A DNA stretch of 6,444 nucleotides, the filler included, from an uncultured virus (IMG/VR IMGVR_UViG_2061766007_000865) (lineage: Duplodnaviria > Heunggongvirae > Uroviricota > Caudoviricetes). It is 2 parts of one record of this genome, joined end to end, with 100 filler letters (N's around TTAATTAATTAA, not from the genome) between each part and the next. Parts side by side here need not be neighbours in the genome. Positions count along the whole stretch, not along the records: positions 1 to 4,273 come from IMGVR_UViG_2061766007_000865; positions 4,374 to 6,444 come from IMGVR_UViG_2061766007_000865. One strand, 5' to 3'. Positions within the stretch are counted from its first letter, which is position 1; every line of letters begins with the position of its first letter. The notes below the pieces were generated by a model that was not told where the DNA came from, did not search any database, and was given only the letters and a program-made list of their open reading frames with translations. Of the stretch, positions 1 through 6,444 are shown in pieces. The position numbers and the translations under genes are program-made.

Positions 1-1
1 T

Positions 2-649
2 AAAGTAAATGAAAAAGCTTGCATTCAATTACACAAACTGATTAATAGCGGTGATGAGAAGGGTGCAATTAATCTCATTAACTCTGAGAAAGACATTGAC
101 GTATCTTATGAATACAATGGTAGAATCCCTATTTTCTTCGCATTTAACAAGAGAATGTATGATTTGGTTGAGGTAATTGTAAATCATCCAACATTTAATC
201 CGCTTATTGAAGATGGATTTGGGGAATCATTTTTAGAATCATTGTTATATTTGTATACAGCAGACGAATGCACTGATGATGACAGAGCAGAAATCAAGAG
301 ATACATTGATTTGCTATTGAAGTCAGAAAATACTTGTTTTAACCACAAAGACTTAAATGAGGACACAGCTCTTAGTATTGCTTGTGAATATCCTCAATTG
401 CTTTGGGTTGTTGAATTTCTTGCCTCCAAGGAGGAAGTTAACGTTAATACAATCAACGACATTAATTTCTCACCATTGACTAGTGCCATCNNNNNNNNNN
501 NNNNNNNNNNNNNNNNNNNNNNAAAGAGAAAGGACATTGTGGTTAGGGAGATTGATGTCAAGAAAGCGAAGGAGAACAACATTGACCTTTCAAAGTATGG
601 ATTGGAAATCAATGCTGAATCTGAGTTTGCTTGCGCAATGGCAGAATAA
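2..649 (+). CDS. Ankyrin-repeat protein (5'-partial)
   Basis: The frame of ORF 155..649 is open back to base 2 (KVNEKACIQLHKLINSGDEKGAINLINSEKDIDVSYEYNGRIPIFFAFNKR-MYD...). It contains ankyrin-like motifs NGRIPIFFA, DLNEDTALSIAC and VNVNTINDINFSPLTSAI, and ends in TAA. The N-run at 491-522 keeps frame. Confidence 0.8.
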   Translation, partial: KVNEKACIQLHKLINSGDEKGAINLINSEKDIDVSYEYNGRIPIFFAFNKRMYDLVEVIVNHPTFNPLIEDGFGESFLESLLYLYTADECTDDDRAEIKRYIDLLLKSENTCFNHKDLNEDTALSIACEYPQLLWVVEFLASKEEVNVNTINDINFSPLTSAIXXXXXXXXXXXKRKDIVVREIDVKKAKENNIDLSKYGLEINAESEFACAMAE

Positions 650-685
650 AACTTACAATANNNNNNNNNNNNNNNNNNNNNNNNT

Positions 686-991
686 CTTTATGAAGTATAT
701 GTGTTTGGCAGTGGCGAAATCAACGCCAAAAAACATGAAGGGTGTGTTTTAACAGAACTTTCCTTCGAAAAAAGGTCAATTTACTATCAAGTCATAAACA
801 AAGAAGGAAAAGACGTTTGTTTTTGGTGTGGTTCAACACCTCATTGGGGCACTAAGATTAGGTATCTCTATTTCTCGCTAGATGAGGCTTNNNNNNNNNN
901 NNNNNNNNNNNNNNNNNNNNNNNNNNNNTCTAGGGAGGTTGCAGAATACAAGAAAACAGTCTTGTACGGCTTAAAAGATGCTTTTAAATAA
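686..991 (+). CDS. Hypothetical phage protein (~100 aa; true start probably inside N-run 661-684)
   Basis: ORF 701..991 is open back to the N gap (LYEVY-VFGSGE...). It is co-oriented with the upstream gene and ends in TAA directly at a terminator. Confidence 0.6.
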   Translation, partial: LYEVYVFGSGEINAKKHEGCVLTELSFEKRSIYYQVINKEGKDVCFWCGSTPHWGTKIRYLYFSLDEAXXXXXXXXXXXXXSREVAEYKKTVLYGLKDAFK

Positions 992-1026
992 AAAAAGTGG
1001 AGGGACTTGAATCTCTCCACTTTTTT
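990..1026. terminator. Bidirectional rho-independent terminator
   Basis: A7-GTGGAGGGA-cttgaa-TCTCTCCAC-T6, lying between convergent stop codons at 991 and 1037. Confidence 0.9.
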
Positions 1027-1036
1027 ATTGTGTTAT

Positions 1037-4000
1037 TTAAATATCATCGAATGAAACTCCTTCGGGGGTTAGTATGAAGTCGATTGTGATATACTCAAGA
1101 GCGTTGTAAGGTTTGAAGTAAATCTTAACTGGAAGTTCTCTTCTCTCCCTTGACTCAATTGTATCATTAATCTCGATTCTGTAATCAGAGATACCTCTGT
1201 TGCTTCTGATGCTATCCATGATTGGAGTTACAGTAGACATGAATGACTGTTTAACTGTTGCATCGTTTGGCTCGAAGATAAGACCGATACAAGAGATTGC
1301 AATCAACTTTCTCATTCTGAGAAGCAATCTACGTACAGCGATTCTATTAAGCTGAGACTCATTAATCTGAAGGTTCTTCTGACCCCAAATCTTTGGCCCA
1401 TCTTGTGCGAAGGTCTTGATTGGGTTGATTCTACCCTCATAAAGAACGTCCTCGTCTCCAAGCTTTGTGATGAAGTGTGCTCTCACGCAGTCAACATCAC
1501 CACGATTGATACCTGCTGGTGCGAACCAAGGATAAGCTGTGTTATCAGTCTGTGCGAAGTTTCTAACTGCATCCTTTGTTGCTGGAAGATAGATGTACTG
1601 ACTATTCTCCTTATCAAGGTACTTAACCCAAGGATAGTAAGTACAAGTGTAGTTAGAATCAATCTCAGTGTCCTCAAGATTACCTACAGCCTCATCTGGT
1701 GTGTACATTTCATCAACGTAGTCACCAGCACCACTTGGCTTATCTGGAGTTGTTACAACGTAGATTGAGTCTGCTCTCTCTTCCTCAATCATATCGATTG
1801 CCTCCTCTACAAGAAGCTTCTGATTTACGTAGTCGATACCTGGAGTTGCAAATACGTTGATATCTGCTTCCTCTGGATTAGCGAACTGACGGATACCACT
1901 TAAGTAAGCATACCAGTCAGAGGTAATGCCATTCTGATTCAACTTAAGAAGGTCTGGGTCTTTGATTCTGTTGAATGCATAACCCTCACCACTACCTTGA
2001 TTAATAAAGCCTTTATACTGAGACATCTTGTAACCGTCTGTATTGGTTCTTTGGTCTCTGTAGTCATCCCATCCATCGAAACCACCGTAGAAGTAAACAG
2101 TGAACTTACGAAGGTTTACATACTCATAGATTGAACCATACATTTCATCCTCAGTACCGATGATTGGTGGCTCTGACAATGTAGAAGTTCTAGAGTTGGT
2201 AGAAACTGCATCAAACTCATAACCACTCTCACCGTCAACAGTGTATGCTGAAAGATAAATGCCACCCTTTGCACTACTGTCAAGTCTTGAATCAAGGTGG
2301 AAACCACGTGACAAGAACTTTGGATTATCAATGTATGCCTTATTGCCCTTGAAGGTGAAGTTATCGATGTCAACGCCTACCCAAGAAGAAAGACCGAAAT
2401 ACTGCTTTCTATTTTTGATGTCTTGGTCGAAGAATCTGTTGTACTTAAGAGTTGGGAATGCAACACTTTGTGCACTACCGCTTATTGGAGTACCACTATA
2501 ACTAGGCTGTGGATAGCCCAAGAAACCTGCTGGAACTGACATTCTAGCTGCCGTAGAATCATTTACCTCAACTGTAATGTACTTAGATTTAGACTCGTAT
2601 ACGCCATCGAATGAACCAATCTTATATGCGATATAGTTAGAAGTGCCTGGAATCATTGAACATCTTCCAAATCTCTCAAGTGGCATAATCTGCTCATCAC
2701 CATCGTTGATGTCACGAACTACAACATCGAATGTACCCTCATCTGGTCTGATGTTTTCAATTGAAATCTTAACCTCATAGTTTGCATTATTACCGTCAGT
2801 GATTGTATGGAATCTGAACAATTTATTGATTTCAGCGTGGGTAAAGTCACCCTTTAAGTTAGATACAATCCAAGGAGTTGAAGCGTATCTGTAAGCTGAC
2901 TTGTAATCGTTCATATCAAGCTCAACGTAAGTAACGTCAGTCTTTCCAGTATTCATTCTGTAATAAAGGCCATCAACTGCGTTCAATACAAGTGTGGCTT
3001 CTTTTCTAGTATTAGTTTTAGTTCCACCATCTTTAAGGTTTCCATAGAGATTGGTCATATCAGTACCAGATAGAACACTAGTAAAGTCTTGCTTATAATA
3101 AGCATAATGATAGCTTCTCTTACCATCCTTATTGGTATATTGTCTTACAGTGTAAATCTGTCCAACCAATACGTCCTCTGCACCAAAATCTGACTTGGTT
3201 ACGTCAACTGGAGCATTCTTGTCATAACTATAAGGTACAGCCTTTATACCAAGACCATTTCCACCATCCTTAGTTGACATCTTATCAGCAAGGAATCTCA
3301 TACCGACATGCTTTCTTCTAAGTGATGACTCTGGCATTCTAAGTAAGCCGCTAATTGGCTCATGCCANNNNNNNNNNNNNNNNNNTCATAATATACGTCA
3401 AACATACCACTAGCGCCACTGTATTCGCCACTTGTAATTGTTTTACCGCTGTTAATCATGGTAACTTTATCTTCAACAATTGCTTGGTCAAGTGCCACGT
3501 CATAAAGAGACTCAACGAAGATTGGAGCATCACCATCATAAGGTTTTGTACCAAGTACATTAAGGATGTATTCCTTATCATAAGGATTAAGTGTTACTGG
3601 ATACTCAAAATAACCTTTACTGTAATCCTTACTGTTTATAATGGTATTAACTTCAGATGAAGTGTATACACCTTTAACACCGACAAGTTTAAATCTACCG
3701 TGATTTGTTTGAGAGACGTTCCAATAAGGAGTACCACCACTCATTCCATAATCACTACATTCATTACCATTGCTTGTCATTGGAACATACTCTTTAATTT
3801 GAAGGGCATTCATGTTATATCCATTCTTATCACAGATGTTTTCCCCTCTACCACTATTTGGTTTCTCACCAACATAGTACTTAAGGACATCATACTTTGA
3901 ATCTTCACATGTACAAGCACTTGTAGAACCAGTATTATATGGACTATAAGTACCTCTTGAACGGATTACAGCAACAGCAACTTTTCCACTGCCATCTGCT

Positions 4001-4272
4001 TTTGAAGCAGTCACAAGCCAAGCAGGACCTGCGTTGTAACCACTAAGACCAAGAACACGAACAACCTTAAGTTGCTCTGATTCGCTCAAGTATGATTTTG
4101 CGATATAAGGCAACTCATATTTAGGATATTGGCTTCCTTTGAACTTTTCTGTACTAGTTCCACCGAAAATGTCTTCATACTCACGCCAGTTAGCAATGTC
4201 CATTACTTGAAAAGCAGGACCCTTCAAGGTCTCACCAACAACACCAAGTGTTGTAATTCCAAGACTACGAAC
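1037..4272 (-). CDS. Phage contractile tail sheath protein (one gene; start lost in N-run 4274-4317; frame change across N-run 3368-3385)
   Basis: Sheath-type N-terminus VRSLGITTLGVVGETLKGPAFQ...EDIFGG. Sheath C-terminal motifs TYYPWVKY, YPWFAPAGINRG, LYEGRINPI, IWGQKNLQ, LNRIAVRRLL, LIFEPND and KIYFKPYNALEYITIDF. The downstream frame is open right up to the gap (WHEPISGLLR-MPESS), so ORFs 3298..4227 and 1037..3337 are two halves of one gene. Confidence 0.93.
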
Positions 4273-4373
4273 TNNNNNNNNNNNNNNNNNNNNNNNNNNN
4301 NNNNNNNNNNNNNNNNNTTAATTAATTAANNNNNNNNNNNNNNNNNNNNNNNNNNNNNNNNNNNNNNNNNNNN

Positions 4374-4386
4374 GAGCTATCTCCGC
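4374..4386 (-). tRNA. 5' fragment of a tRNA (Gly-type start), truncated by N gap
   Basis: Minus strand reads GCGGAGA-TA-GCTC (acceptor 5' strand, U8-A9, D stem), 6 nt downstream of tRNA-Gly, then runs into Ns. The anticodon is not visible. Confidence 0.55.
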
Positions 4387-4392
4387 ATTTAG

Positions 4393-4463
4393 AGCGAATA
4401 AACGGAGTCGAACCGTCATCTAAGCCTTGGAGGGGCCTTGTCCTACCATTGAACGATACTCGC
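4393..4463 (-). tRNA. tRNA-Gly(UCC), with C at position 33
   Basis: GCGAGTA TC GTTC AATGGTA GGAC A AGGCC CCTCCAA GGCTT AGAT GACGG TTCGACT CCGTT TATTCGC T; full cloverleaf with U73. Confidence 0.9.
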
Positions 4464-4685
4464 AAAGTGAACTAACTTTGTGATATTACCATAAGAATCG
4501 TAATATCTGGTTTGGTATTAGTCCTTGAGCTGTTTACCATTCGCAGCAACCGTTTACCTAACCATCTTAGGAGAATGTAGACAATTAATTTGTGATGATT
4601 GATAAACTTACGGTTTTTATGCATGACCACCGCCAAAGCATTTATCCTCCTAATTAGATTTACTTGTCTGAAAAAAAGACAGGAT
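4464..4685 (-). ncRNA. Candidate structured non-coding RNA (unassigned)
   Basis: No ORF of 60 aa or more. Abutting helices 4482-4489/4500-4507, 4508-4517/4555-4564 and 4567-4573/4647-4653, the last with nested 4601-4606/4641-4646. Strand inferred from neighbouring genes. Confidence 0.45.
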
Positions 4686-4715
4686 TTCGGACAAATTTAA
4701 TATTATAAGACTATG

Positions 4716-5096
4716 TTAATCTATATTTACATGTAAGCCATATTTGTTAGAGAACCTGTCAATTTTTTCTTGTAAGGTTTTTCCAAATACATCATAATGG
4801 AAGTGTTGGGCATCTGTTCTTGGTTTAGGTTTATTGCTATAATATTCATATAATAATCTACGAATTTCTTGTATTTCGCTTGCGTCCTTAACAAATTCCT
4901 CAAACATAAAACCCTTATTGTTAAGCATGTCTTTAAGGAAACGAGCAATCCCTTCAACAAGCGCCAAACAATGAATTTCCGAATACCAATCTTTTGTTTC
5001 ATCGTTCTGCTGCTGATAGTATTCTATGTCGAATAAACAATATCCTTTATAGCCATTTGAATCTCCTTTCGGTTTATAATATATTTGATATACCAT
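4716..5096 (-). CDS. Hypothetical phage protein (126 aa)
   Basis: ATG..TAA ORF with an A-rich leader and natural composition, co-oriented with the tRNA cluster; no family recognised. Confidence 0.75.
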   Translation of the reverse strand: MVYQIYYKPKGDSNGYKGYCLFDIEYYQQQNDETKDWYSEIHCLALVEGIARFLKDMLNNKGFMFEEFVKDASEIQEIRRLLYEYYSNKPKPRTDAQHFHYDVFGKTLQEKIDRFSNKYGLHVNID

Positions 5097-5138
5097 GACT
5101 TTGTTATCTTTTTTTCTATTTTGGAGTAATAAGTTGTC

Positions 5139-5196
5139 GGAAACATCTTTTACTTATTTGTCACCACAAATAATTTAATAGTTGCTGTGTGTTTCC
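5139..5196 (-). other. Small nested stem-loop element
   Basis: Minus strand GGAAACA-cACAGCAActattaaa-TTATTTGT-ggtg-ACAAATAA-gtaaaaga-TGTTTCC: a 7-bp outer helix and an 8-bp inner helix, both perfect. Confidence 0.55.
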
Positions 5197-5202
5197 TTGT
5201 AG

Positions 5203-5273
5203 AGCAAGCTTGTGGGTTCGAACCACTCTTTTGTCTAGGTTTAGACAAGGTGCTACCATTACACTAGAGCCGC
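5203..5273 (-). tRNA. tRNA-like element / pseudo-tRNA (Gly-like body, aberrant anticodon arm)
   Basis: GCGGCTC TA GTGT AATGGTA GCAC C TTGTC TAAACCTA GACAA AAG AGTGG TTCGAAC CCACA AGCTTGC T. D and T arms are recognisable, the loop is 8 nt (or 7-bp stem + AACC), and the acceptor stem is imperfect. Confidence 0.7.
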
Positions 5274-5288
5274 CTTTGTTTACTTTTG

Positions 5289-5320
5289 CAAAGATATATA
5301 TAATTTCTGACAATTCCAAA
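5289..5320 (-). promoter_or_regulatory. Bacteroidota-type sigma-A promoter (-33 TTTG / -7 TATCTTTG)
   Basis: Minus strand TTTG (5320-5317), a 20-nt spacer, then TATCTTTG (5296-5289). It matches the TTTG-N19-21-TAnnTTTG consensus and is intergenic. Confidence 0.8.
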
Positions 5321-5323
5321 TTT

Positions 5324-5710
5324 TTAATCGATTTTCTTCAATGGAACGAACAAATCATATCCATCATCATCTTGAAAATGATTTATTTTGGCATCTTGCC
5401 ATTCACCGAATTTATACCTTTTATATTCAAAGCATTTACCATTCCAAGTTGCTTCATTCGCATTTCTGCATTCACCTTCATAAGTTGCGCCAATTTCAAG
5501 TTTGTCCTTTGGTATTGCTCCACAACGGATGAGGTTTTTCACTATAACCTCTTCATATATATGAGGGTCATCAACCTTTGGTATACTTGGTATGTCATCA
5601 ACTGTTTTGAATGGTTTTAGGTTTTTGAACCTCTCTATTCTCTCGATGCCTTCTTTTGCTTTTCTTTCACAAAGTCTTTGTTTTATTTTTTCTAATTTCT
5701 TACTTTCCAT
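5324..5710 (-). CDS. Hypothetical phage protein (128 aa)
   Basis: ATG..TAA ORF with protein-like composition (GAIPKDKLEIGATYEGECRNANEATWNG...HFQDDDGYDLFVP), located between tRNA genes; no function recognised. Confidence 0.8.
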   Translation of the reverse strand: MESKKLEKIKQRLCERKAKEGIERIERFKNLKPFKTVDDIPSIPKVDDPHIYEEVIVKNLIRCGAIPKDKLEIGATYEGECRNANEATWNGKCFEYKRYKFGEWQDAKINHFQDDDGYDLFVPLKKID

Positions 5711-5735
5711 TATCTAACATCTATTCTTATGTTAG

Positions 5736-5810
5736 TGAGCTAGGTCAGAGTCGAACTGACACCTTTCAGAGCCACAATCTGATGCTACTACCAATTAAGC
5801 TACTAGTTCC
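5736..5810 (-). tRNA. tRNA-His(GUG) with encoded G-1 and A73
   Basis: G GAACTAG TA GCTT AATTGGTAG TAGC A TCAGA TTGTGGC TCTGA AAGGT GTCAG TTCGACT CTGAC CTAGCTC A. Confidence 0.88.
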
Positions 5811-5838
5811 ATGTTAAAAATCGGAATCCTTTTAAGCA

Positions 5839-5909
5839 AAGACACGTAGGGACTCGAACCCTAATCTCTTGGTAAAATCCAAGGTTCTAACCCATTGAGC
5901 TACATGCCT
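5839..5909 (-). tRNA. tRNA-like element with shortened anticodon arm (undetermined; possibly Lys(UUU)-derived)
   Basis: AGGCATG TA GCTC AATGGGTTA GAAC CTTGG ATTTTA CCAAG AGAT TAGGG TTCGAGT CCCTA CGTGTCT T. Acceptor and T stems are fully paired; the anticodon loop is 6 nt. Confidence 0.75.
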
Positions 5910-5934
5910 GATGTCTTACCTACTGCTTGCTTTG

Positions 5935-6007
5935 TCTAGATGAACGGACTCGAACCGCCGACCCCAGCATCCCAAATGCCGTATTCTACCTACTGAACTA
6001 CACCTAG
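5935..6007 (-). tRNA. tRNA-Pro(UGG)
   Basis: CTAGGTG TA GTTC AGTAGGTA GAAT A CGGCA TTTGGGA TGCTG GGGTC GGCGG TTCGAGT CCGTT CATCTAG A; C1-G72 and A73. Confidence 0.95.
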
Positions 6008-6020
6008 ATTTATTTTGTTG

Positions 6021-6068
6021 TGGGGTTGGTAGGATTCGAACCTACTGCGTTTCTAATGTACTAGATTT
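6021..6068 (-). tRNA. 3' exon of an intron-split class II tRNA, best fit tRNA-Tyr(GUA)
   Basis: AAA TCTAG TACATTAGAAACGCA GTAGG TTCGAAT CCTAC CAACCCC A: loop positions 36-38, anticodon 3' stem, 15-nt variable arm, perfect T arm, C72 and A73. No 5' half is adjacent. Confidence 0.75.
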
Positions 6069-6193
6069 CCTACCACTCTATGTTACCATAGCCAAACAAA
6101 TCTAATTTTAGACATTTATATGCTCTACTAGTCAATGTTTGTTGTGGTCTGGAATACATTATTACCATATTGAAATTCTTGCAAGATAATCAA
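6069..6193 (-). ncRNA. 3' portion of a probable group I intron in the tRNA anticodon loop
   Basis: Terminal G at 6069. S-element-like ATAATGTATTCC (6162-6151). P9-region helices ACCAC/GTGGT (6148-6144/6076-6072), CAAACA/TGTTTG and the GNRA hairpin CTATG-GTAA-CATAG (6091-6078). The 5' core is not seen in the window. Confidence 0.7.
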
Positions 6194-6332
6194 GTAACTG
6201 AACTACGCAAGCCGCTTGTAGATAGTANNNNNNNNNNGCGAATCTCTTTCAGTTCAAGAATATCTCTTGCAATCGTACCCCACTGGCGATACGCATGGTC
6301 ATAGTANNNNNNNNNNTTTAAGGGTTTTTAAC

Positions 6333-6374
6333 AAAAAAAGCGGTGGCTAGGCTTTGATTGATTACCTAGTCACC
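6333..6374 (-). terminator. Possible rho-independent terminator
   Basis: 10-bp inverted repeat GGTGGCTAGG (6342-6351) / CCTAGTCACC (6365-6374), with T7 following on the minus strand. It sits on a short inter-gap fragment. Confidence 0.5.
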
Positions 6375-6444
6375 ACGTCAAAANNNNNNNNNNTTCGTAA
6401 CTCTCATATTCTCTTCCGTTGATTGTAAACTTCATAACCCTATT

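Noticed and set aside
3298..3390. Programmed frameshift or split/pseudogenised sheath gene
   Set aside because: The frame change coincides with the 18-N gap and both frames are open up to it; a 1-nt gap-size error explains it.
184..4329. Alternative short ORFs (184..366, 394..612, 483..752, 1403..1768, 1483..1677, 2116..2373, 2259..2501, 3355..3660, 3700..3900, 4129..4329)
   Set aside because: Antisense or off-frame shadows of the ankyrin and sheath genes, with no recognisable motifs.
4274..4373. Direct linkage of sheath start to the tRNA cluster; TTAATTAATTAA palindrome as a regulatory site
   Set aside because: The gaps are too short to hold the rest of the truncated tRNA, so their true size is unknown; the 12-mer is an isolated low-complexity island.
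4464..4700. tmRNA, RNase P RNA or CRISPR array
   Set aside because: No GGGG...ACCA tRNA-like domain, no GAGGAAAGUCC motif, and no regularly spaced direct repeats.
4727..5620. ORFs 4727..5002, 5189..5620 and 5341..5532
   Set aside because: They overlap better-supported minus-strand ORFs, the tRNA-like element and the promoter.
1037..5710. Stop-codon reassignment (TAG or TGA), as in some gut megaphages
   Set aside because: More than 1,000 sheath codons read without in-frame TAG/TGA; all called genes end in TAA, so there is no positive evidence.

Overview
AT-rich, gapped (nine N-runs) fragment that reads as a large contractile-tailed (jumbo-type) phage genome. The host is probably Bacteroidota, judged from a TTTG-N20-TAnnTTTG promoter. 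Left: a 5'-partial ankyrin-repeat gene and a small hypothetical gene (+) converge on a bidirectional terminator with a very long (~1,080+ aa) tail sheath gene (-), whose apparent frameshift falls on an N gap. Right (all minus strand): a tRNA cluster with Gly(UCC) carrying C33, His(GUG) with G-1/A73, Pro(UGG), and a gap-truncated second Gly-type tRNA. The cluster also holds two tRNA-like elements with non-canonical anticodon arms, the 3' half of a long-variable-arm tRNA (best fit Tyr) interrupted in the anticodon by a group I-like intron, two hypothetical ORFs, and two unexplained structured non-coding segments. Sequence beyond ~6195 is fragmentary and may be mis-assembled.
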